NCBI GenBank assembly: GCA_964187785.1 | Contig: OZ076411.1 | Span: 93,124,001-93,188,000, forward strand | Origin: Amphiscolops sp. MND2022 | Lineage: Eukaryota | DNA length: 64,000 bases | Reading direction: 5' to 3' | Shown: positions 11,930 to 23,600 of the stretch, piece after piece | Layout of the letters: each line of letters begins with the position of its first letter | Position numbering within the stretch: position 1 is the stretch's first letter | The notes under the pieces: model-generated | Seen by the model: the letters and a program-made list of their open reading frames with translations, nothing else | The model's database searches: none | What the model was told of the DNA's origin: nothing | Position numbers and translations under genes: made by a program

Positions 11930-12590
11930 TTATCTTCTCACTATGGAGTGGAGTCCATCCGTCACATTTTACTCGGTTGCGACAATTTAGCGGTAGCTAT
12001 TGACGACAAGCCGCTACCCTCGGTTCCAACAATGGGCACCTCGGCAACATTAACAATGAAAGACTTCTCTCACTCAAAGAGAAGTCGCTGCCATACGGTT
12101 TCTTCATCATCCATATACCCAGTCAGAAACAAAAGCACCGGATGCAAACTTGCGGAAATCCATATGTTATGCCAAAAAACTTCCCCTGACTAGTGATTTC
12201 AAGAAGTCGGACTCCATCGCATGTATTGAACCGCGTCTCTGCCTTCCTGAGGCCAACTTGACGTTAGAACTCCACAGCAGCTGATCCGGAAAAAGAGCTC
12301 GCCACCGTGGCGGCCACCAATCTCGGTGACACCCTCGCTGTTACATAGACCCAGGTCCAGGAGCACACCTGCGGACCGATTACAATCTACAAAAGTTTAG
12401 TGAAGAGATCCAAGACGGTGCCCAGGGCGTTACCTCAAGATTTGATCTTGCCGCGGGTGTTCGGGAATTCTTCCAATCCAATTATGGACTCAGCAGAGTG
12501 GATGAGGTGGTTCTTTATAACAACAGGACTTGTATCCCATCACTGTTTAGGCATTATAGCAGCCCACTAAACTATCTGAACACTAAAGGA
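11930..12590 (+). mobile_element. Ty3/Gypsy pol fragment (RNase H to integrase linker)
   Basis: RHILLGCDNLAVAIDDKPL and HLGNINNERLLSLKEKSLPYGFFIIHIPSQKQK match the Gypsy RNase H C-terminus (DHKPL...I.NPRL..LKEK...F.I.H.PG). Confidence 0.7.
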
Positions 12591-12599
12591 ATGGTTTAG

Positions 12600-14340
12600 A
12601 CCTGAAAAAAGCGAACCTTTTCTTCCAAGTTGCGATAAATTGCAAAAAAGATAAGATCACCAAGAAAATCTGAAGTATAGCCATATCCAAAGCCATTTTG
12701 AAAGCCCATGGAAGCGATTAGCGAGATGTACGAGAGCAGGCTTGATGTCAAAATGTCACAACCAACAATGTGGTCAGATGTAGGGGTTGGAAAGTAGATG
12801 AAAACGAAGCATGTAAGCTTCTTATAAACAATAGCACATGCTGAAGGGACCCCGTAGATGGCTAGAGAATCATCCATGATTTTCAGGTTGTTATAGTTTG
12901 GAGCACCAATCGAAACTCCTACATGAAAAGCAGAAAAACAATCCGAGCAAGCAATGGCAAAAAAAGAATCGCTTGGAAAAATCTGTGAGTTTTTAACATG
13001 AACAGACAGCTCAGTTCCCGTTGAAAAAAGAAATGACACAGATTTGACAGTAAGTAATTTCTGCAATTCTTGCCTGTGTCCAATACTACAGGTTGACTGA
13101 CAGTTCGTTAGTAGACAGTTTAGTCACTCCGTTGGTATTTCAACTTGTTTCTTCTAGTATATAAGGCTCTTCCTTCAAGGATCTTGGTACGAGAGTCGTC
13201 CTTCTTTTTATCTTCTGACGTCATTGAATTACGTTTGCCTGTTAGAGGTTTCTCGATCTTGTGTTCATGGTTTTCAATAACTTTGTGATATACACTGGCG
13301 CCGAATATGTTTCTAGGTTGTGATTCTAGCAAGGAAGTTCTTTAGGAACAGATTCTTTGAGGTAGTTACCAATAAAAAACGACAATTCCTTGATAAGTTG
13401 TTTTCAGGATTCATCTTTTTGCCCAGCTTACAGCAGTCACATTCCCTCCAGGTCCCAAAACCAAGTGGCTAATGACATTTTCAACAGATTGCAAATCATT
13501 TACATGCTCCTTGAAGCAAATTGTTCCGCGTTCACTAACGTCATTTAAGACAAAATTGAATTCTGAGGATGGAGTCGATTTCGTATCTTTTTTGTCCCCT
13601 GGAACATCTTTGTACGATGGCAATGGATCAACAACATAAGATTTCACTTTTTATTCAATTCACCTAAAACTTTGGGAAGGGACTCGTCTAATGCCTTCAG
13701 AGTCATTTCTGTAAAAAAATGTTGACGATTTGATGAAAGGAATCAAATAAAGAAGTCAACTGAGCTTCAGAATTGGAGTGGAAGACTTTGTTTTTCTCAC
13801 AAGATTTTCACACCCTCAAACAGTTCGGTTTTGAACAAAGCCATTCAACATTATAAAATAAACACTCAGATTAACACATATGTCTGTCGTGTACCCAGCC
13901 CAGCCCTTGCAAGAGTGGCAACTAATTAGTCGTAGCCTTGACACCTTTGTTGCACGTTTTGCACAGAGCGGCTGAAGTTCTGGAATTGTTTCGGAGTTTG
14001 CTATCAAAATAAAATTTCTCAATGACATACTTGAACTTGTTCAGTAAAATGAACACTGGTCAAAAAGTATACTAAATGGTGCGTGCGACCAACATTGTTC
14101 CTCTTCTTCTTCAAAGCTTTTTCTTCATTTGTCCTTCGACATTTTCTTCACTATGCGAATACAACTTGGTTCGACAATTTCATTGTATAACTGCCAGGCA
14201 GACTTTCTGCAGAAAAAACTGCTGCATTCAGTGACAACAGCCTACAGGGAACCCTTTTCGACAGTTTTGCCCAGTTTTTGCGAGTTTTTCGGATCTTCAC
14301 AGGGAATGATTTGTTGAGAGTTCTAAGAAACAGTTGAAAG
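12600..14340 (-). pseudogene. Highly decayed ORF, possibly a hAT-type transposase remnant
   Basis: Long coding-like minus-strand tract with many stops. One frame gives TSAALCKTCNKGVKATTN...H (CKTC at 13952-13963), a BED-finger-like pattern. No other motif is convincing. Confidence 0.3.
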
Positions 14341-15119
14341 TTCTAAACCACGATTTTTGTTGAGAAATGGGTTTATAAGTTAATGGAAAAAAGTTGGTCC
14401 ATTTACATAAAATCATGCATTTTTATTTCTTCTCGCGACCTTTCAAAAATAAGTTTCTCGGAAGCTGTCCGTAGAATATTAATACAACTTTCCTACAATT
14501 TGAGGAGCTTCTGTGTGCGCAATTGCATTGAAATCGTAAGACTTTAATCTGAGAAACACGTTCAAAATTAACCGAAAAATGGCCAAAACTAGCCAGTGTT
14601 TTCTAAACTTTTTTCCGATTTAGTCAAAAACTGTCGATACAATTCGGACGACCTTTTCCTGAGTCGTTTTATATTGATAACGATCCTAACAGGCACTGGC
14701 ATCAGAATCTCGTGACTGAGACATGAGAAACATAGCCAAAAATTGTCCAAAACTGACCGAAAAAGGGTCATTATTGTACATGGTCGTTTTACGCCTTATA
14801 AGCCTCCTTAAATATTCAATGTCATCAAAATTGTTCCACTGGGATCTAAGAAACATGTTATTCTGTTTCCTACTTTTTGCCGCACTTGCGACTCTGATTT
14901 TGAAAGGAAAAATTGTAGCTCCAAAATTTCGACCTGAAAGAGTTGCCACAGCTGTTGGGGCTTCCTGTCTTTTTCAGTCTCTCAACATCTGACTTTTTCC
15001 TTAATTCCTGTTGTCCGATTCTCCGTAGTGCGAAGAGTCAGTTAGATCCTCAACAGGCTCACCGGGCAGTTACTATCATCTCCGGATCGCTCCACTTCCA
15101 TAAAATCTGAGCAGTATTG

Positions 15120-15430
15120 GGTTTTAGAAGAGAAACCTATTGAAATGGACTGAACGCCTGGTCGCTTTTATTCTTAACACCAGCTGTGTCGCAGGCTGCC
15201 GCCTGTGATGGGATCAAGTATACAACCTCCGCATACGACTAAGAGATCGCCCCGGGAACTCTTCCGATCTATTAAAATTGAAACTTTCACCTTGTTAATA
15301 CTATCTAGCTTGTTTTGATCGAACTCAGATTGTTGTCTTTGATAATTCTTTTCAATTTGGATTTAGTATTAGTCTGTTAAATATTACGATGTGAATTATT
15401 CAGATCAAGAATTGGATTTGTTGATTGTAG
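15120..15430 (+). mobile_element. Diverged remnant of the ORF3/3'-LTR junction of a relative of the 17-33 kb element
   Basis: Translates RRETY*NGLNAWSLLFLTPAVSQAAACDGIKYTTSA versus RREAYENGLNAGAFLFITPAVSQAAACDGTLITTSA in ORF 18756-19541. Downstream tattagtctgttaaatattacgat matches the LTR sequence tattagtctgttaaaattacgat. Confidence 0.8.
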
Positions 15431-16504
15431 TAACTTTTCAATGAATTGCAACCATAGCTGTAAAGTTGTGATGCTGAGAAACTCTATGAAGGATGGAACA
15501 TCCCGGCTGAGAGACCGGAATGTAGATCTGAACAAGCCTTCAATCGCAAGTTCAGGAATAGCTCTGGAGATGATTTCCCCCGAAACCTGATTAGAGATGA
15601 GGATTGAGAGGACACTCATTACATTGACGTTACCGCGTTTCCATTGCAATTAAACTTCAGTCACATTATAGGTTTCAAAGTAGCGTCATATTCAGTGCGC
15701 TATTTGGCTAACGGTGATTACATAAGTTACTCACTTGAGAAACGTAAGCGTGAAAACAAAAGCCATCGTGGTGGTGAAGAAATGGGAATAGTTTCAGTTT
15801 CAATTCCAATAGTGGAGGCTGCATTGTATCCCTCCAGAATGTTCCATGCATGCCTCCCAAATTTCCATGTTTTGTAAAAAATTAATCTGCACGTTTTCAT
15901 GCAGCATGTAAAAAATTCAAGCAGTCTCGACTAGGGTATTTTAATGGTTTCGTAACATCTACATTCAAGGAAACTTCAAAGACTTCCAATGGATCTTTTG
16001 TAAACAATGTGTACAATGTCATAAATGGAAAGCATTACTTTCATAGAAGAGCCTTACACTTTAATTTGAAACCATGCAATCCATACAATAATCATAAGTA
16101 TGGAAAACATTAAGGTTATTACATAAACATAAAATGGTGTTTTCAAAATGCCATCGAGATTCAAAATATTGTAACGTCAAGCAAGGGACGTTGCAGAAGT
16201 TTTTGAAAATTTCGATCAAAAATTCGAAATGTGCGGTATCAAACAAGCACATTCAAGATGGCCGACCCGGCAGGTACAAAAACCGTAGAAGAAGCAAAAT
16301 AAAGGCAAAACAACACCAGAAGACCCCACCGCGAGCTAGGAACGTGAAAGTCAGAGATGTCATCACCCAGAAGGCGAGAAAATCAGGAATTATGCCATCT
16401 GACAGCAAAAGGACAGGGTTTCGGCAGAAAAGTGCCAAATGAGACCATTGTGCCCCGAAGATGAGGAATGATGCCAGAGACCAGACTGACGACCGACCCT
16501 AAAC

Positions 16505-16916
16505 TGTAATGTTATTGGGGGGGCTTATCCCCGTACGTTATTTCCGTTTACGCAGTATTTGGATGATGTTTGATCTACAAGATCTGTATTTTAGAACTTA
16601 TTCCCCCAATACAATGTATTTCAGTTAGACACCTTTTTGGACCTCGGAGGTATGTAGGAGGTGGCAGGAATGTATGTTAGGAACCTAGGATTCGTTTTTA
16701 CAGGCTTGTGGGGCGTGTCCGGACTTTGAGAGTGCCGGCACGTTGCTTCGGAGCTCTAACTAGAGAAGGCTCCTTAGACGATAGAAAAGTCCCCCTTGGA
16801 GACCATTTTGGGATCAAAAACTAGTGTCTAAGTATGTAGTAAGACAACGGTCTCCTTTTTAAGCATCCTAGGCATTGTCCCTCTTCCTAGATGTGCGTCG
16901 CTAGCCGGTCGTTACA
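16505..16916. mobile_element. LTR-like segment of an unrelated family
   Basis: Bounded by TGTAA...TTACA, ~410 bp. No matching TSD and no second copy in the window. Confidence 0.4.
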
Positions 16917-17116
16917 TATGAAAATGTTTTATGAGTTGCATGCTAGGTGAATCCGAGTTAGCGTAGGTGTTCCATGTTTGAATTTTTGTTGAGCCTAGAA
17001 TGCACAAAGGCTTGGTTTTTCTCAATGCATTTTTGGTACACTTTGTGAATGCGAATTCCTAGGTAAAAATCTGCCAAAAATCAAATTAAAGCAAAAATAC
17101 AATCAGCATAACTGCT

Positions 17117-18844
17117 TGTCATGAACATTACGATGTGTTCTATCACCGTGTTCATTATTGAGGATAGTTCTAGTTTTCGCGTTATACTGGACTTCGGAAT
17201 GACTTTCCGGTCTCTCGTCGGATCTCTCCCATCCCCTTCTAGTCTTTTGTCCTGAACCGGCCATAATAACGTTTTGAATTTGTGGCAAAACTTGGTTATT
17301 GATGGCATCACTTATGGCTCTCTGGATTTGAGAACTAACACTGTTCATCATCTCATCCATCTCCCTAGATATTCTAGAGTTTAGTTCACACGATAACTTA
17401 TTGATCTCAGCTTGAGAAGCTATACTCGCTGTGATTCGGTCGTAACCGGCACTAGTCCCAGCTTCGGGATTCCTATGATCAGAATGGAGATTCATTTCCT
17501 CATTTTCTAAGTTATTGCTTGAAACACTTTCCTGCCTTCTAATGGAAGTTCCATCGAGACTTTCGTCTCTCCTCATGTCATTGAAAAGATTTTCACCTAA
17601 CATTATGTCAAGGTTTTCAATGTCAGAGAGAATCTCTAATCCTCTAGATTTCCTTGCTTTCTTTTGCTTTCTTGTAGTAGGCATTAAGACTGAACCGGAT
17701 TGAATACTTGAATTATCAATTCCGAAATGTTAACAGTGAAACCGTTTGTATTATGAACGTCTTTATCAAATGAAGAGAAATACAAAGTATGAGTATTCCT
17801 GCAGGGGTACGGGTATTTATACCCCTAAAGGGATGACACACACATTTTTTACATAGTTTGATCAAGACAAATCATAGGATTTTACAATCATCATAAGAAA
17901 ATCCCCGAGAACTACATATTTCCGGGGGACATTTAAGGAATGGAATCCAGATTCATCATCTTAAGTAGCAACTTCAAACAATTTATCGGTTAGGACCACT
18001 TAATGTGTGATGTAAACAAATACCACAACTTGCATATTTTATAGTAACATCAAACGAAGGCACGTGCCGGCATGAGTTTACTGCGAATTGAGTTGAAAAC
18101 GGAATGCATTACTATGTGTGGAATTCTAATACTGCATTGATATCCACGAGAATACACTCGCATATCAGGGCCGGAATAGGCCCAAATCCATAACATGTAT
18201 TGCACATATGAAGAACATGGTAAAAAGCCTCAGTCGTCCCTTTATCCAAATCAAAAGTATACAAACATCAAAACGTCACAACCGTATTCATTTAGTCTAA
18301 AACATGATTCTAATAGCTCCGCTTAGTACTGATCCAATTATGTAACAAAAGCACCATTAAGCTCGAACTGGCCGGAGCCGTCCATTTGACTGTGGGACTG
18401 ATTTAAATTAGCGCCGCTTAGTCAATTGACCATATCCGGCCATCATGAAAAAAGCACTCATAATTAGCAAAAGGAGAGCTCTGATTGGCTAATAACCGTA
18501 CTGAAAGTTACATCGCCGAGAAGGGACGTTTTCTTACTTGAACACGTTTCCTTCTCGCGATTAACTTGCTAATTGTACGTTACCGCTTTGATTAATTTCA
18601 ACAACTTCCTTTTACAATCTCAATCACAACTTGATTTGGATAGCTCCAAATCGTAATTTTAACAGACTAATATCACGAACAATTATATAAAAATGCACTT
18701 GAATAAATAGAATGAATGGGATTAACTAGTAAATATAAGTTCAGTAAGGGAAAGTTTAAAATGTGGGTAGGGTACCTGGGACGATTTCCTGATTTTCCGC
18801 TGACGTTGTTATTAATGTGCCGTCACAGGCGGCAGCCTGCGACA
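17117..18844 (-). repeat. 3' LTR
   Basis: Matches 31365-33092 at a constant offset of 14248, with roughly 15-17 differences counted by eye (~1%). Confidence 0.93.
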
Positions 18845-19541
18845 CTGCGGGTGTTATGAAGAGGAATGCCCCGGCGTTGAGACCGTTCTCATATGCCTCC
18901 CTTCTAATTTTCGTGATGTACTCGGGCTCTCCTCGCGGCTTGGACCTTGCAACATACCATTCTACTTTCTCTTTCTTTATTGCTTCTGAGGATCTGCCAC
19001 ACACCATACAACCAGAATACAGTTTATTGCTCACGTCTTCGTACGGCCTTGTGTTCTGTACATGAAACGACGCGTGGAAACCACCCAGTGTAGGCTGCAT
19101 TAGGGGGGTGTCCAAACTTGGCCCTCTCTCATGGTCAGGCGGTGACATGGGTGACTCTGGCACTGGTAATAGAGTCTTACAAATCTCTATCCTTGACTTT
19201 CCCAACTTCTTTGGGGGAGCATAACACATCTCCTGGTCAAAGTACCTGTGGTCAAATTTCGGAGTTACATCTGTTTGCGTCTGGGAAGAGCTAGGGCCAG
19301 CTTCTAGTTCGTCTCCTGAGGGTTCCTCCACAGTCATTATGCGGCCCCCGATTAGCATAGGGCTGGAGGTGACTTCCCTTTCGATCCTTGCAATAAGTTG
19401 CTCCGTGTCTGTGGAGCAGTCGGTTTCCCAGTCTGAAGACTCTCCTTCGGTGCTGGAAATGTATATTACTGATCTTTCAGACTCATCTGAGTCGTATTCC
19501 TCCAGATCGAACAATCTTCTAGCTAAGTTGTATTTGCTCAT
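18756..19541 (-). CDS. Sense accessory ORF3 (261 aa, intact): acidic N-terminus, CxxC motif, unknown function
   Basis: Intact ORF with ATG and stop, D/E/S-rich first half and GCMVCG motif. No signal peptide or TM segment, so it is not env. The C-terminus is conserved in the relative at ~15.1 kb. Confidence 0.75.
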   Translation of the reverse strand: MSKYNLARRLFDLEEYDSDESERSVIYISSTEGESSDWETDCSTDTEQLIARIEREVTSSPMLIGGRIMTVEEPSGDELEAGPSSSQTQTDVTPKFDHRYFDQEMCYAPPKKLGKSRIEICKTLLPVPESPMSPPDHERGPSLDTPLMQPTLGGFHASFHVQNTRPYEDVSNKLYSGCMVCGRSSEAIKKEKVEWYVARSKPRGEPEYITKIRREAYENGLNAGAFLFITPAVSQAAACDGTLITTSAENQEIVPGTLPTF

Positions 19542-20612
19542 GATTATCTTTTTTGCTATTTTTGAAGCTGCTCGCAGTGACTGTATTGAAGAGAAGTTTG
19601 TAGTAGAATGAATTTGTCAGTTTCAAGAATTTAGCCGAATCAGGCCTTTTCCCGAACTTTCCAGTTCGGCGGGAGAACCTTCGGCGGGTTGATCATCCCG
19701 ATCCGTCGTAAACTTTTCTGAATGGAATTCCTTAATTGGTCGGCTCCCTTTGATAACCTGATGTTTACCCCTCATCAGTGTCATCACTAGAAGAGGTGTG
19801 AATGACTCTCGACTTATGAATATCAACTACACCGTCTCAAGTGGGTAATTAACGGGTCGCTTGTAAGCAATTAGCGGCACGCGCCACCAAAATTTCTCGT
19901 AATGGTTTCATCCAATCAGCGTTAAGCTCCAATAAATTGTAAAATTAAATAATAAAAATGGCGAAAATAATAAATCTAAATAATCCAAGATGGCGAAAAT
20001 TCTAACTAAGGGTAATTAGGGTAACTGGATGTAACGACAAAACAAAACAGAAAAAACGGCCATAACCGGTCTCTAACTAAGTAAACTGTAAGCAACAAAG
20101 TTCTTTGTACACTTCACTGGCAGACTCCATGTACAGAATAAATATGTAAATAATCAAATAATATTAGTCTGGTAACTTCCTTCAGCCACGAACTCCAACT
20201 TTCCAACTTCTTCAATTCTTTTATTCAATTTTAATTCCATTTACTCCCGATCATCTTACATTTGTCTCTTCATCCATATCCTTTTAATTGTCATCAGTCT
20301 ATTTACATCACTGTCTCTCTTGTCCCTAACGACTCTCCGTCTCGCGTAATCTGTGGGTCTCCCCCGTCTGTCAGGATTGGCACAACTCCGCGGTTCCGAC
20401 CAGCTGGATCAAGACTCTTTACGTTGGGATAGCAGTATTGGAGAGGACATGTCATCAAATACAGGTTGGTCTGGTTTCAACATATTGAACTAGTTTAGCT
20501 TGATCAAGGCTAGACTTCATTCATACAGCGCTTCCTTTTTCCACTAATAGACTCGTGATAACACGTTTTGTTCAACTCTGAAACACTTCCGGAAGATTTC
20601 TAACGCGGTAAA

Positions 20613-23600
20613 ATGGATTCTTTTCGAGGAAGCATACCGCCAAGTTTTATCTCTTTTCGTTTAGAGAACCAAACAACCGAAGTTGCTAATGTACCAGCCG
20701 ACCTTCCTAACAATGCTCCAACAGTCAATTCCCCAACTGATCAGAGTGGGCAAGTCCAGAACCCGGCCTCATCCCAAGAAACGCTTCGTAGTCGGGCAGA
20801 TGACGTCACCTCCACACACAGTACTGAAAGTGACCCTGATGTCACTACATACGCGGAAAATATGGTGCGTCAGCTAGAAGGGGCACAAGAACTTGATCGA
20901 CCTAGGGAGAAACAAAACAAACGGAGCCACCTCGGGACATCGCTCCTGGTACACAATTAGATTCCCCTGCCTCACCTGCTACAGAGACCAGAAGAGCTAG
21001 CACGCCGCTCTCAGTCAATGAGGGAGAAACCCCGAATGCTGATCTGTCTGCTCTAGAGTCCGCTCTCCGAGTGGTAGAGACGTCGGATTCACAATTGGCT
21101 GAGCTAGTAAATGTTGATCTCCCAGACAAAAACACGAGCGGCGATCCGCCTGAACAACAGGACACTGAAGTAGCATCCTCTGTTGGAGATGCCCCCCTCT
21201 CCCTGGAGGAGAATTTAAGGTTCGGTACCTGACTGACCCTAGTGGAGACGAAGGCCTAACAGATCAATCTGGCATATTTGTCCCAGTAGCCTTATACGGT
21301 CGCCATCCCTTCTCTCACACCTCTGAACCTGAAGAAGGAGACGATACCAGATCTGAACCTCTTGTTCCCGGTACTAGTGGGCAGACACCCGGGCAATGCG
21401 CAATCCAGAAAGAGCCTCCACACCTTTCCGGAAGAAGTCGAGCGATCCTCAAAGAGTATTTCGACGAATCACCCTCCACTCGATTCCCAGTAGGACAAAC
21501 CACTGTTACCTTTACTGAACCGCAAATGTACCACCTTCTTAGAGTCCTTACTGATGAGACCCTCGGGAAATCCTTTTCGGCCATGGAGCGCATGGTCATT
21601 GATGCAGTCCGAGGTAAGCCAACTGTTGCCCCGTCCAGAACTGCGCACTTTTATTCAGGCAAGCGCGCTCTAACCCCAGGACCTGGTAGTGTTGGAGATT
21701 CTAGCGGAAGTGATACAGAAGAAGATACTACACTAAGGGGTAAAAACTCAGAGCCGTCCAGTTCTGGAGAGACAGGCGATTCTTCATACTGACTGCGGGG
21801 AGACTGACAGTGCTACCGAAATGGACTTGATTACCAAGTCCTTTAAAAAACCCACTAGTGCCCAAGATGTCCCGGATCCTCAGTTGTCGAGCCAGGAGGC
21901 CCAAAGAGACACTGATACTGACACGCCGAATTACAGTAGTCAAGATGCCACACTGCTTGAGGTCAGAGATCAAGTTCTGGGCGCTACCACTGCCAGCTCG
22001 TCCAAGCCCAGGAAGAAGAAAGGCAACAAAAGCCTTTCTAAACGAGGCGTCCCCATGCGAGAGGAATTCTTTTCCAAAATCGGATGGACGAGATCCTTCA
22101 TATCTGGCCCTGCTGACCCACTCCATAACCCTCATATGGTTTGGTGTCACATCTGCAAGAAAAACTTTTCAATCAAATCTAAAGGTCCCTACGAGATACT
22201 CAGACACCACCGGACGGAGCCAACTTGCGGCGGGACCAACGCTGGCGCTATGTACACTTGCGGAGTACCGACCCAATTACTGGAAAGACGCAGCACCGAG
22301 TCCGGGGTGGCAATGGGAAGCTTTTGACTAAAGTTGAACTAGCCAAAGAATTGCCCAAATTCAAGAACGTAGAGCTTGTAGATATAGGAGAGCGATTCCT
22401 TTTTTATAACGATTTCATCAAGGGATCCACAACGGCCTTGGTTACTCCGGAAGCCCGCATCAAGACCCAACTTTGTTTGGTCGGAGACTTCATCAGGACT
22501 CAAGGTGATTTGATGGTCCTACGCAATTTATGGTCCCGAATGGGGTCATTCACCAATCATCAAGCCACCTTCAACGACTTTGATTGGGGAGAAGAGAGGT
22601 TGTCGGTTAGTGCCATTTACTTTAGTTGTTTTAGCCCGAATCCAGTCAAAGGTTTAGGGAGAGTTTTGTTTCTAGACAATCTTCCAGCACTTCTTCATCT
22701 GTTGCCTTGACGACATATCAGAACAGGTCAACTCTCAACAGTGCTTTGCCCTTGAGTTTGAAGTAGTTGGAGTGTACAAGCACATGTCTGTCAAGTTCTG
22801 GAAAGGCTCCGAACTTTGTAGGGTGTTTATTTGCCGCAGCTCTCGAGTTACTACTGACGTGACCGGGGAACTGGGGTCCCTTTCCCGGTTCCTTTCCGCT
22901 GTGTCTACCAAACCCGGAATAGTTGCCTGTTCCGGATGTCACTCGGACCTACCCAGAGCCATCGACGAATCAGAGTATTATAACCAGGGCGTTCAAAGTT
23001 GTCTGCGTTTTGAGCACTTCTCACTACCACGACTCATGCACAAGACCAGCTACAGTGTCTTCGGGAAGATTGCTTTCTTCTCCGTCCTACAATCCTTGAT
23101 GGTTTCCTTGGGCGGATCTCTTATGGAAGACTGGGTGATTCGTAGCCCTGAACTCACTAAAGTAAGTAGTTTCTACATGGAATTTCTACTGGGGGAACAA
23201 GGTCTAGGTAGGACGTTTCATTTGTCCAGCGTGTTTATTTGGATCGATTGCTATTTCCAGGCTATAACCAGTTGTAAGCTTGATGTGACAACGCTACCTG
23301 TCCTCTGTCGTGAACTTATGGCCGAATGGAAGTCCGTGGTCCGGTACCTCACCACCCATGCTCCTCTACAAGAAGGATCAGGATCTAGAGGAAGGGTTAG
23401 ATTTTCCTCATTTCCCACTTGAACCCATAGGAATTCGAGTTGGCCTTTTCCACTAGGTTGATCCAAGGTCTACTTTCAATAGTTGGATTGATGTCGGTCT
23501 GTTCCAGGTGCAAAGTTTTGACTGGTCACTAATATGTGATGAGTTCTTCACCGTCAAGCTGGAGTTCTTCAGTAAGATTGTCAGTGATTGTTAGTATAGT

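Noticed and set aside
12596-13066. 156-aa hydrophobic ORF; piggyBac-like C-terminus in another frame
   Set aside because: Similarity is too weak, and the ORF is likely an off-frame reading of decayed sequence.
19875-20180. TGGTGGCGCG (minus) as a PBS preceded by an AGTTA...AATT errantivirus-like LTR
   Set aside because: There is no second copy of the putative LTR, and the real PBS is at 31353-31364.
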